From the NCBI GenBank assembly GCA_017544165.1, contig JAFYER010000012.1, forward strand, positions 131,538-195,537: 64,000 nt of DNA. The letters run 5' to 3'. Source of the stretch: Bacilli bacterium (GTDB lineage Bacteria; Bacillota_I; Bacilli_A; RF39; UBA660). The notes under the pieces were generated by a model. It saw only the letters and a program-made list of their open reading frames with translations. It had not been told where the DNA came from and ran no database searches. Position numbers and translations under genes: made by a program. Of this stretch, positions 1 to 9,576 are shown piece by piece (within the stretch, counting starts at the first letter, position 1; the number at the start of each line of letters is the position of its first letter).

Positions 1-681
1 AGCTCTATTTATAGCAAGCACACGATGAGGTTTGATTTCTTTAACTGGTTCGTGAAAATCATAATACATCTCATAAACTTTCTTTTCATCACTTGCATCT
101 TTTTTTAATTTACATACAATTTGTCCATTTTTATAAAGATAACTTCTTATCCACTTACGATAATAAGCATTATCACTAATATATTCGGCAATAATATATG
201 AAGCGCCTTGAATAGCATCTTCCTTTGTTTTTACTTTATCATTAATAAAATTTTGACATAACAAATCCATACTGCCATTTGTAGGAAAAGACATAATCAT
301 TTTAGCAAGTGGTTCAAGACCATTATTGATAGCATCAGTTGCTTTAGTTTTTTTCTTTTCTTTATATGGGCGATAAAGATCTTCGACTTCAACAAGTTTA
401 GTACATGTCATAATTTTTTCTTTAAGTTCATCAGTCATTAAACCTTTTTCATCAATAAGCCTAATTACATCCTCTTTCCTTTTCAAAAGATTTAATTCAT
501 ATTCATATACTTCGCTTATTTTACGAATTTGGGTTTCATCTAGAGCACCCGTTACTTCCTTTCGATATCTTGCTATAAAAGGAATTGTATTTCCCTCTTG
601 CAAAAGATTTAAAGTAGCAATTACTTTTTTTTGTTCTACATTTAATTCATTACTTATTTCACTAATAATATGTTCGTTCAT
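1..681 (-). CDS. tex: RNA-binding transcriptional accessory protein Tex, N-terminal part (gene continues beyond window start)
   Basis: Minus-strand translation from ATG at 681 gives MNEHIISEISNELNVEQKKVIATLNLLQEGNTIPFIARYRKE..., which is the characteristic Tex/YqgF N-terminus. The ORF runs off the window edge. Confidence 0.7.
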   Translation of the reverse strand, partial: MNEHIISEISNELNVEQKKVIATLNLLQEGNTIPFIARYRKEVTGALDETQIRKISEVYEYELNLLKRKEDVIRLIDEKGLMTDELKEKIMTCTKLVEVEDLYRPYKEKKKTKATDAINNGLEPLAKMIMSFPTNGSMDLLCQNFINDKVKTKEDAIQGASYIIAEYISDNAYYRKWIRSYLYKNGQIVCKLKKDASDEKKVYEMYYDFHEPVKEIKPHRVLAINRA

Positions 682-766
682 TATTTACTCCTAACTGCAA
701 TAAATAATATACCACGCAAATAAAAAAAACGTAATTCTTAATTTCAAATTTTACGTTTTAATTATA

Positions 767-1339
767 TTATTTTTCTTTTACTTCTTTTACTTCAATTATT
801 TGTTTCTTATCTTCTTTTTTATCTATTTTCTCATTTCCTACAAGCAAACTGCTTACAATACTCATAACCCCAAAAACAGTCATCAATATCCCTATAAATT
901 GTAAGATAATATCTGGCAAAATAAACTTACCTAAAATGCATAATATACCTAATACAATACATATGCCATACATTATCATCGGTTTACTCATTTTATGCCC
1001 TGATACTTTATAAAAAGAAAGAGCATTAATAAAGCCATTGATACTTGCAAGAACAATATAAATACCAACAATAAATGATATCATTTCTTTAAGAAAACTT
1101 GCTCTAAAAATTAAAACACCACCAATAACAAGCAAAATAATAGCAAAGATTAAATCAAACGAACTACAAAACTCCCTATTTTTATAATAACTAATAATTC
1201 TAACTGCCCCGAATAAAACAAAGATAGTTCCAATAGCTATTGACAATAATTTTGTAATACTATCTGCCCATGCAACTAAACATATACCAAATATTGTTAT
1301 AAATAATGATCCTATAATGTCACTAATCTGATTTTTCAT
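767..1339 (-). CDS. polytopic small membrane protein (HdeD/DUF308-like)
   Basis: 190-aa ORF composed almost entirely of hydrophobic helices with a Lys/Glu-rich C-terminal tail. The family assignment rests on composition and topology only. Confidence 0.45.
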   Translation of the reverse strand: MKNQISDIIGSLFITIFGICLVAWADSITKLLSIAIGTIFVLFGAVRIISYYKNREFCSSFDLIFAIILLVIGGVLIFRASFLKEMISFIVGIYIVLASINGFINALSFYKVSGHKMSKPMIMYGICIVLGILCILGKFILPDIILQFIGILMTVFGVMSIVSSLLVGNEKIDKKEDKKQIIEVKEVKEK

Positions 1340-1349
1340 AAAATACCTC

Positions 1350-1799
1350 CTACAAAGAAAATTCTAAAGTAACTTCGCCATTACCAAGGATTGATTTTAA
1401 ATACGATGCATTCGTGCTCTCAATTTTACCAATTTTAGTGTAACTATAATCGTTTTTTCCGTAAAAAACTACTATTTTATTACCTTGATACAAAAAAACA
1501 TCACCAGCCCTAGCCGTAATTGTTTCATCATTCATAGGTAAACTATATTCGAGTGTGGCCACCTTTTCAAAACCACCATTATCAACTGCTACAACTTTCA
1601 GATTACCATTTTTCAATTTTTCATAAAACGCTTCAGCAGAAGGATTATTATATAGTTTAATTTTAAGTGTCGCAGCATTAACAATAAGCTTTACATATTT
1701 ATCAGAATAATCCTCTTTTGGTTTTAAAATAAAGATTATAACCCCTATTAATAAAAGTACTATTAAACAAATAATAATGATTACTTTTTTATTTTTCAT
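1350..1799 (-). CDS. membrane-anchored cyclophilin-like-fold domain protein
   Basis: N-terminal TM helix followed by a domain containing LYNNPSAEAFYEKL...GGFEK...AGDV..Y..GN.IVVFYG motifs, typical of the cyclophilin-like (non-PPIase) family found in Clostridia. Confidence 0.45.
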   Translation of the reverse strand: MKNKKVIIIICLIVLLLIGVIIFILKPKEDYSDKYVKLIVNAATLKIKLYNNPSAEAFYEKLKNGNLKVVAVDNGGFEKVATLEYSLPMNDETITARAGDVFLYQGNKIVVFYGKNDYSYTKIGKIESTNASYLKSILGNGEVTLEFSL

Positions 1800-1850
1800 A
1801 AACTCTCCATCCTAATTATAATACTACTATTGTTTTAGTTATTAAGCAAA

Positions 1851-2171
1851 TTATTTCACATCTTCAAGGTAGATCATTTTATCAAATGCACCACGTTTTA
1901 GTCTTTTTTGTTCACAAACATTAATAATATCTTCGAATGTTTTTCCTTGTAATTTGCCTAAAGCTATTATAACCTCTAAAAGGTCAGCTAGTTCTTCAAT
2001 TCTAGAATCATCAGTTTCCAAAACTTCATTACATTCCTCTAAAAGCTTCTTTTCTAGTTCATTTTTATATTCCTCTTTTGATAATATCCTAGTAATTGGT
2101 TCTTCACCATTTTGCTTAATAATATTTGGTATATTATCTCTAACAAGCTTTCCATAAGACATTTTTATCAC
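1851..2171 (-). CDS. MazG-like nucleotide pyrophosphohydrolase (house-cleaning NTPase)
   Basis: 106 aa with the KLVRDNIPNII motif and an EE..E..E helical core typical of the small MazG/YpjD family. Confidence 0.6.
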   Translation of the reverse strand: MIKMSYGKLVRDNIPNIIKQNGEEPITRILSKEEYKNELEKKLLEECNEVLETDDSRIEELADLLEVIIALGKLQGKTFEDIINVCEQKRLKRGAFDKMIYLEDVK

Positions 2172-2229
2172 CTATTTTAATTATACCACAATATAAAAAC
2201 GAACACATCACATGTTCGTTAATAACTTG

Positions 2230-2313
2230 TGGTGCAGGTAAAGGGACTCGAACCCCCACGGATGATCCATTAGATCCTAAGTCTAACGCGTCTACCAATT
2301 CCGCCATACCTGC
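2230..2313 (-). tRNA. tRNA-Leu (anticodon UAG)
   Basis: Reverse complement reads GCAGGTATGGCGGAATTGGTAGACGCGTTAGACTTAGGATCTAATGGATCATCCGTGGGGGTTCGAGTCCCTTTACCTGCACCA. It has a cloverleaf with a long variable arm, anticodon loop CTTAGGA, and an encoded CCA end. Confidence 0.85.
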
Positions 2314-2322
2314 ATATTATAG

Positions 2323-2399
2323 TGGTGGGCCTCATAGGACTCGAACCTATGACCATTCGGTTATGAGCCGAGTGCTCTAACCAACTGAGCTAGAGGCCC
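2323..2399 (-). tRNA. tRNA with CAU anticodon, most likely tRNA-Ile2 (lysidine) rather than elongator Met
   Basis: Reverse complement reads GGGCCTCTAGCTCAGTTGGTTAGAGCACTCGGCTCATAACCGAATGGTCATAGGTTCGAGTCCTATGAGGCCCACCA. The anticodon stem-loop CGGCTCATAACCG matches B. subtilis tRNA-Ile2(CAU). Confidence 0.8.
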
Positions 2400-2480
2400 G
2401 TTATACAAAGATAACAAAGATATTATATTATAATAAAAGATAAAAATCAATAAACTTTTAAAAAATAGGACTATTTAGCC

Positions 2481-2900
2481 CTATTTTCCTTGTAACATGT
2501 TTAGTAAATCAATTTTAAACTTTTCTTTCGAAGCATTCTCTTTAGAAATCATAATGCCTTTATAAGTAGTAAGCTCACTTCTATGACCTTCAAGTAAGAT
2601 ATCTTCTGGTGTCAAAGTTTCAAGCATAACAACTTCTTCTTTTTTATGAACTGTATAAATTAACTTGATTTCACCATGAATTTGAGCAAATATCTTATCA
2701 CTAGGTAATTTAAGTTCGTACTTTTCAGTACCGTTTTTCTTGTTACTTTCAACAAGTTCTCCTAGAAACTTACCACTTCTTAATGATGGATAGTATTCAA
2801 AATTTAATTTTTTAAATGCTATCATATTATACTTCTTAAGAGCTCTTTCTAGCTTTCTAAATTCGTTTTCATTGACGTAATCCAAAACATACCCCTTCAT
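2481..2900 (-). CDS. hypothetical protein (C-terminal region weakly RelE/ParE-toxin-like)
   Basis: 139-aa ORF. The C-terminal segment IKLIYTVHKKEEVVMLETL...GHRSELTTYKG resembles the RelE/ParE '..iiY..d...v.il..GHRkd.Y' ending. No small antitoxin partner is evident. Confidence 0.45.
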   Translation of the reverse strand: MKGYVLDYVNENEFRKLERALKKYNMIAFKKLNFEYYPSLRSGKFLGELVESNKKNGTEKYELKLPSDKIFAQIHGEIKLIYTVHKKEEVVMLETLTPEDILLEGHRSELTTYKGIMISKENASKEKFKIDLLNMLQGK

Positions 2901-3053
2901 AATCTCTACCCCCTATGACAAGATAATTATATCATATCTTGATGTGTATGTCAATTTGGTGTCTATCTATATTATCTCACCATGTGCTTAAAATATACCA
3001 TATTTTGAGTTTTTTGTCAAGTATATATGTAAAGATATTAAAAAAGTATGGAC

Positions 3054-3731
3054 TTAATCCATATTTTGTAGTATCTTTCTAACTCTTCCTGGGCCAATTA
3101 ATTCTGGTTGAATGCTTTTTTTATCTTCGATTTCAACAGGTTTATAACTATATTTCAAGCCTAAAGAAGCCATTAATCTCGTATAAAATTTCATTGCTCC
3201 TGGATAATTGCTAAAGCTTACCATCTTGGCAAAAGAATCCATTGTTGGTAAAAGTTCAGATTCCATGAATAAAAGTGTTTGCTCTTTATTTTCGTTGTAG
3301 GCATCAAGTAATTTATTAGCAAGTCTTAGACCATTAACATCATATTCTCCCAAGAATTCTATTCCACTTTGAATACTGATTGCAAACTCTCTAAACTCCT
3401 TGAAAGCATTTAAATAAGAACTGATTTGCTCTTTTCTATCTTCGCCATATTCGATTGAAAGAATCTTACAAATTGTTGATACAACATACCAGTAAGATGA
3501 ATCAGGTTTTGGGTCATATCCTTTTCTAACTCTAAATGATACAGCGTCATCCATTTGATTATTTCCTCTTACTTTATCGAAGTCATATGAACTGCAACTT
3601 TCATCAAAAGCCATTGGTCGATGATGATGTTTGCATCTAAAACCCCGATGAGTTGAGTCACTATAGCTATATATATCATATTCTTTACATGTTAAACAAT
3701 GATCTTTAAATTCTTTTCGATAATCGCGCAT
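3054..3731 (-). CDS. hypothetical protein with Cys/His-rich (putative metal-binding) N-terminus
   Basis: 225-aa ORF. The N-terminal 50 aa contain C..C...C.HHH...C. No recognisable catalytic motif. It lies immediately upstream of the 139-aa ORF. Confidence 0.5.
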   Translation of the reverse strand: MRDYRKEFKDHCLTCKEYDIYSYSDSTHRGFRCKHHHRPMAFDESCSSYDFDKVRGNNQMDDAVSFRVRKGYDPKPDSSYWYVVSTICKILSIEYGEDRKEQISSYLNAFKEFREFAISIQSGIEFLGEYDVNGLRLANKLLDAYNENKEQTLLFMESELLPTMDSFAKMVSFSNYPGAMKFYTRLMASLGLKYSYKPVEIEDKKSIQPELIGPGRVRKILQNMD

Positions 3732-3779
3732 AAAAACCTCCTTAAATGCTCAAATATTATATCGCAAACATAGAAAAAG

Positions 3780-4031
3780 TCAAACTTTAAGTTTGACTAT
3801 CGTTTGACCTATATTCCAATTATCAAGTTTAAACTCTAGGACATTTTTATTATTTTTTAATACCTCATGCGTCTTCTTTGTTAAAATGCCAGTACTTTTG
3901 CCATGAACAATAACCACTACCTCGTTATGCATTTTGACGTTATCATTAATAAACTCAATTATTAGTGCCTCCACCATAGCCTCAATTTCGCCATGTAAGT
4001 CTAAGTGAGGTGTCTTACTGGTTACTAGCAC
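3780..4031 (-). CDS. stand-alone Smr-domain protein
   Basis: 83 aa with the LDLHG motif and HGKSTG core of the Smr (MutS2 C-terminal-like) nuclease domain. It overlaps the upstream kinase gene by 17 nt. Confidence 0.65.
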   Translation of the reverse strand: MLVTSKTPHLDLHGEIEAMVEALIIEFINDNVKMHNEVVVIVHGKSTGILTKKTHEVLKNNKNVLEFKLDNWNIGQTIVKLKV

Positions 4032-5025
4032 TTTGATTGCTTTCTGGTGTCGACTCAGCAGTTGGAGCTGGTACAGGTGTTGGTGCAGCAGCCGGTGTTT
4101 CCGCTGGAGATACTACTTGATCCGGATATTTTTGCTTGAAATAAGTCATTATTTCACTCATTTCCGGTACAGCTTCTCTAGTACCAATTTTTCCACACGT
4201 TAGACCTGCAGCAATATTAGCAAAGGTTACCATTTTTTCAATATCATAATTTTGAGTTATGGCATATATAAATGCTGCTCTAAAAATATCGCCAGAACCA
4301 GTTGTATCTTTAACATCTAACTTTAAACCTGGCATAACTTTAATTTGGTTATTATTAATATATAATGCGCCTTGATCTTCAAGAGTAATTATTATTTCTT
4401 TACGAACTAATTTATTAAGCATCGTTGAATAAACAGTTACAAGTGATCCCGGATTATTAAAATCAATTTTTGTACCACTTAACCACTCTGCAAACTCTTT
4501 CGAAGCAATAATATATTTACAATATTTACATAATTCAAGAACTTCTTTATCGCATCTTTTCGCACCAATGACACTTGGCCTTTCTGGGAAACGATTTAGT
4601 AAAGAAAGAGTTGCTCCATAATCGTATCCATCAGTATAAATTATATCAGGTTCAAACTGAACTTCGCTTTTCTTTAAAAGAAGCTTTTCTTTGCTTATAT
4701 TATTTACTACTTTTTCTTTGGTTTCCGGATCAATAGTTATGAAAGATATTGATGTCCTTTTTTCATAAGCTGTTTCAACATATTCTGTATGAACCCCTTC
4801 TTCTTCGAGTTCTTTTTTAATAATTGTTCCGTAAGAATCATCGCCAACTACTGAAGCCAAATAAGAATCAAGTTTATACTTTCCTAAAGTATACGCAACA
4901 TTGCAAGCACTACCGCTGCCACATTCGATGAAATCATCATAATAAAATTCTCCATTTACGTTAACCTTCCCGTTTTTTTGTGCAATAATATTTATTTTAC
5001 TTTCTCCGATTACTAGTGCCTTCAT
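4015..5025 (-). CDS. PfkB-family carbohydrate/nucleoside kinase with Pro/Ala/Thr-rich C-terminal tail
   Basis: Ribokinase-like fold signatures are present: GGS.N N-terminal region and the DTTGAGD-like GSGDIFRAAFIYA anion-hole motif. A low-complexity tail PAETPAAAPTPVPAPTAEST follows. Confidence 0.75.
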   Translation of the reverse strand: MKALVIGESKINIIAQKNGKVNVNGEFYYDDFIECGSGSACNVAYTLGKYKLDSYLASVVGDDSYGTIIKKELEEEGVHTEYVETAYEKRTSISFITIDPETKEKVVNNISKEKLLLKKSEVQFEPDIIYTDGYDYGATLSLLNRFPERPSVIGAKRCDKEVLELCKYCKYIIASKEFAEWLSGTKIDFNNPGSLVTVYSTMLNKLVRKEIIITLEDQGALYINNNQIKVMPGLKLDVKDTTGSGDIFRAAFIYAITQNYDIEKMVTFANIAAGLTCGKIGTREAVPEMSEIMTYFKQKYPDQVVSPAETPAAAPTPVPAPTAESTPESNQSASNQ

Positions 5026-5106
5026 TTTACCGACCCTTTCTATTTTACATAATTATTATACAATAAAAGATAGATATTTTAAAGTAATAAATGTATAATA
5101 TTATTT

Positions 5107-5361
5107 ATGGGTGATATAAAAATGAGAGAAATTAAAGAAAATACGACATATAGGCATTTTAAAGGAAATGTCTACAGAGTACTGTATATCGGATATGATG
5201 CTGAGCATGATAAAGATGGAGAAATGGAAAAACTTGTCATTTATCAATCTAATCATGATGGTAAAATTCTTGTAAGAAGTTATGATAATTTTATATCAAA
5301 AGTTGATAAAGAAAAATATCCAAATGCAGATCAAGAATATCGTTTCGAAGAAGTAAATTAA
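5107..5361 (+). CDS. DUF1653 domain protein
   Basis: 84 aa, YRHFKGNVYRV...YQS...W.R pattern typical of DUF1653. Confidence 0.5.
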   Translation: MGDIKMREIKENTTYRHFKGNVYRVLYIGYDAEHDKDGEMEKLVIYQSNHDGKILVRSYDNFISKVDKEKYPNADQEYRFEEVN

Positions 5362-6014
5362 TTTTTACTTTTTTTTATGATAAATATTTTACTTTTATTA
5401 TAAAATCCATAAAAAATATCTTTTAATTCGACATTTTGATTATCGAGCATATTTAAAAGCCATCTTTCATTTTTATGTAAATATTTCAAAGTTTCTTTTT
5501 CTATTCTTCCATCTAAAACAAGTGGCATTGGATAACTGCCTTTTAATTTAAATGGTTTATACTTAAATACTGATAACTTACCATTTGTCTCTAAAAAAGC
5601 ATATTCTACTTCACTTATATCCCTAACATCTTTTTGACGAAGGGATAAAAGTAAATCATCAAGATTATATCTTTGCTTAACCATTTCGTGGTAATTAATA
5701 TGGCCATTTGCAATAATAAGTGAAGGTTTACCTTCAAGGATAATTCTTAACTTCCTATCTTTCGTCGAAATAAAAGCTAAGAATATCTCTAAAATAACAA
5801 GCAATAAAATGGGAACAATTGTCAAATATATTGGGTCAAAGAGATTTTCTATCGAAATAGCGACAAGTTCTGCAATTAATATAGAAACAATTAAATCAAT
5901 TATACCTAACTGACCTATTTCTCTTTTTCCCATCATTCGATAAGAAATTGTAATAAAAAAATAAAAAAAGATAGTTCGGAAAACAACTGTAAATAATCTC
6001 ATTATAATCACCAA
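5358..6014 (-). CDS. DUF421 (YetF/YdfS-like) membrane protein
   Basis: N-terminal TM helices, then the conserved GKREIGQL...D...I...A...I motif and a C-terminal YetF-like soluble domain. Confidence 0.65.
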   Translation of the reverse strand: MVIIMRLFTVVFRTIFFYFFITISYRMMGKREIGQLGIIDLIVSILIAELVAISIENLFDPIYLTIVPILLLVILEIFLAFISTKDRKLRIILEGKPSLIIANGHINYHEMVKQRYNLDDLLLSLRQKDVRDISEVEYAFLETNGKLSVFKYKPFKLKGSYPMPLVLDGRIEKETLKYLHKNERWLLNMLDNQNVELKDIFYGFYNKSKIFIIKKSKN

Positions 6015-6067
6015 TATAATTATGCATCAAAACATATTTTTTTAATCATTTCATATTATTTATTAAG

Positions 6068-6428
6068 GTGATTAATATAAAAAATTTATTTAAAAAATTT
6101 GGTATTTTTATCTTAATTGAGGTTCTTCTAGTCCTTGTTATGAGTTTTTTTAATTTAATCGGTGTTAATTCATCATTTACCAAAATATTAATCTTTATTT
6201 CTAACATTGTTATTTTCTTTGTCTTTGGTTTTAAATCAGGCAAAAAATCAAATAGAAAAGGATTAAATGAAGGATTAATAAATGGATTTATCTTAATAGG
6301 CATACTTTTTCTAATATCCCTAATTTTTTATGCTAAATCATTTTCTTTGGGAACTATTTTTTACTATTTAACGCTGATGACTACCTCGATTATTTCTGCA
6401 ATAATTGGCAAAAATAAAAAAGTAGAAA

Positions 6429-6442
<14 letters not shown>
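6068..6442 (+). CDS. small polytopic membrane protein (TIGR04086-like)
   Basis: 124-aa ORF with 4 predicted TM helices. The antisense 85-aa ORF 6046..6303 is considered spurious. Confidence 0.45.
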
Positions 6443-7905
<1,463 letters not shown>

Positions 7906-7945
7906 TTAATCTATTTTATTCTTATAATTGAAAGGAAGTTAAAAT

Positions 7946-8452
7946 ATGCCTGAATATGTCCCAACTAGCGGTACTCACTATGTTATGCATAATCCTAATG
8001 CCATCAGAAATTTTTATCGTTCAGTAAGATACTCTCATTTTTTAAACTTAACACCTCAAAGAGCATTAGAAATTGACGCACTTGTTGACAAATGGCGCCA
8101 TTTTTTTGAAATGGATATTAATAGCGTTGGTCAAAAAATGACTTTTGCCGCTGAAAGGCTTACAACTAGTGCAAAGCAATTTAAATTATTTACTGGCGAT
8201 GAGGCTTTATACTTTTATATTAAAATGGTAGATCCCGATTTTCTTTTTTTAGAGGCCTATGAAAGTGCTAATACTCGTGAGCAGTTTGTTGCTCTTTGCA
8301 AAAGAAATTTTGGCATAGTTGATTCTATTTTTACCCATCTTGAAAAAGAAATAAATTCCCGGTTTAAAATATATAAAGATGAAGATTTATGGTCAAGAAA
8401 TCGCATTGACAAAAGGATAGAACAATACATAAATATAAATTCAGCTAGATAA
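7946..8452 (+). CDS. hypothetical protein
   Basis: 168-aa ORF with RBS AAAGGAAG and balanced composition, divergent from tgt. The antisense ORF 8257..8523 is considered spurious. Confidence 0.5.
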   Translation: MPEYVPTSGTHYVMHNPNAIRNFYRSVRYSHFLNLTPQRALEIDALVDKWRHFFEMDINSVGQKMTFAAERLTTSAKQFKLFTGDEALYFYIKMVDPDFLFLEAYESANTREQFVALCKRNFGIVDSIFTHLEKEINSRFKIYKDEDLWSRNRIDKRIEQYININSAR

Positions 8453-9475
8453 TTATTTGATAAGCATGGCATCACCAAAAGAAAAGAAACGATATTCATT
8501 TTCGATAGCGTGTTTATAAGCATTTAAGATATTTTCTCTAGAACTAAATGCACTTACTAGCATTAATAAAGTGCTTTTTGGCAAATGAAAATTAGTTATT
8601 AAACCATCGATTGCCTTAAATTCATAACCAGGATAAATAAAAATGTTTGTACTTTCATTACATTCGACAAATTTATTATATTTTGTCATTATTGCCTCGA
8701 GAGTTCTAGTTGAAGTAGTGCCAACAGCGTATATTTTACGCTGATTTTTTTTTGCTAAATTTAACTTTTCCGCAACTTCCTTAGTCATTGAAAAGCTTTC
8801 ATAATGCATTTTATGTTTAGTAATATCCTCTTCTTGAACTGGTCTAAAAGTTCCAAGACCGACATGTAATGTAACATAAAGTATTTCTACACCCAATTGC
8901 TCGATTTCTTTTAATAATTCTTTTGTAAAATGCAATCCTGCTGTCGGAGCAGCTGCACTTCCTAAATATTTAGCATAAACTGTTTGATATCTACTTTGAT
9001 CTTTTAATTTTTCATGAATATAAGGCGGTAATGGCATTAATCCAAGTCTTTCAATTATTTCAATAAAAATACCTTGATATTTAAATTCAACTCTAACTAT
9101 GCCTTCCTCTAGTTTTTCTATAACTTCACATGAAAGGTCATCACTAAAAACTATTTTAGTGCCAACATTTAATCTTTTAAAGGGCCTTGAAAGGCATTCC
9201 CAAATATCGCCTTCGATATTTTTAAGAAGTAATAATTCAATATTAGCTTTAGTATCTTCTTTTTTACCAAGTATTCTAGCAGGTAATACCTTTGTATCAT
9301 TTAAAACTAGAACGTCACCCTTTTTTAAATAGGTTGTTATATTTTTAAAAATATCATCTTTTAATTCACCACTTTTTTTGTCCATCACTAATAAACGCGA
9401 ATCACTACGATTCTTGATTGGAGTTTGGGCAATTAGTTTTTCTGGTAAATCATAATTAAAGTCATCGATATTCAT
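8453..9475 (-). CDS. queA: S-adenosylmethionine:tRNA ribosyltransferase-isomerase
   Basis: [19 protein letters not shown]...SRLL matches the QueA N-terminus throughout. The ATG at 9475 is preceded by GGTGA. The 5' extension to the GTG at 9487 has no RBS. Confidence 0.9.
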   Translation of the reverse strand: MNIDDFNYDLPEKLIAQTPIKNRSDSRLLVMDKKSGELKDDIFKNITTYLKKGDVLVLNDTKVLPARILGKKEDTKANIELLLLKNIEGDIWECLSRPFKRLNVGTKIVFSDDLSCEVIEKLEEGIVRVEFKYQGIFIEIIERLGLMPLPPYIHEKLKDQSRYQTVYAKYLGSAAAPTAGLHFTKELLKEIEQLGVEILYVTLHVGLGTFRPVQEEDITKHKMHYESFSMTKEVAEKLNLAKKNQRKIYAVGTTSTRTLEAIMTKYNKFVECNESTNIFIYPGYEFKAIDGLITNFHLPKSTLLMLVSAFSSRENILNAYKHAIENEYRFFSFGDAMLIK

Positions 9476-9576
9476 TTTTTTCACCACGTAGTTAATTATA
9501 ATGAAAATAATGCTTTTTGTCTATTAATTTATTGCTTTATTCTTTGCAAATATTTACTATTTAAGATATAATTAGT

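Noticed and set aside
1954-2157. Short antisense ORFs nested inside well-supported genes: 1954..2157+, 6046..6303-, 6867..7052+, 8257..8523-, 9099..9332+, 9942..10184-, 16049..16442 (both strands), 19971..20153+, 22421..22783+, 38727..39074+, 40299..40559+, 41166..41654+, 42980..43285+, 50064..50375+, 61680..62887+ and others.
   Set aside because: They overlap confidently assigned genes on the opposite strand, have low-complexity AT-codon-driven composition, and lack ribosome-binding sites. They are treated as spurious six-frame artefacts.
2401-2470. Promoter for the tRNA pair, with TATAAT-like hexamers on the minus strand upstream of tRNA-Ile2.
   Set aside because: Several overlapping AT-rich hexamers fit -10 consensus, but no well-spaced -35 element could be chosen unambiguously. 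AT-rich DNA yields many false promoter-like matches.
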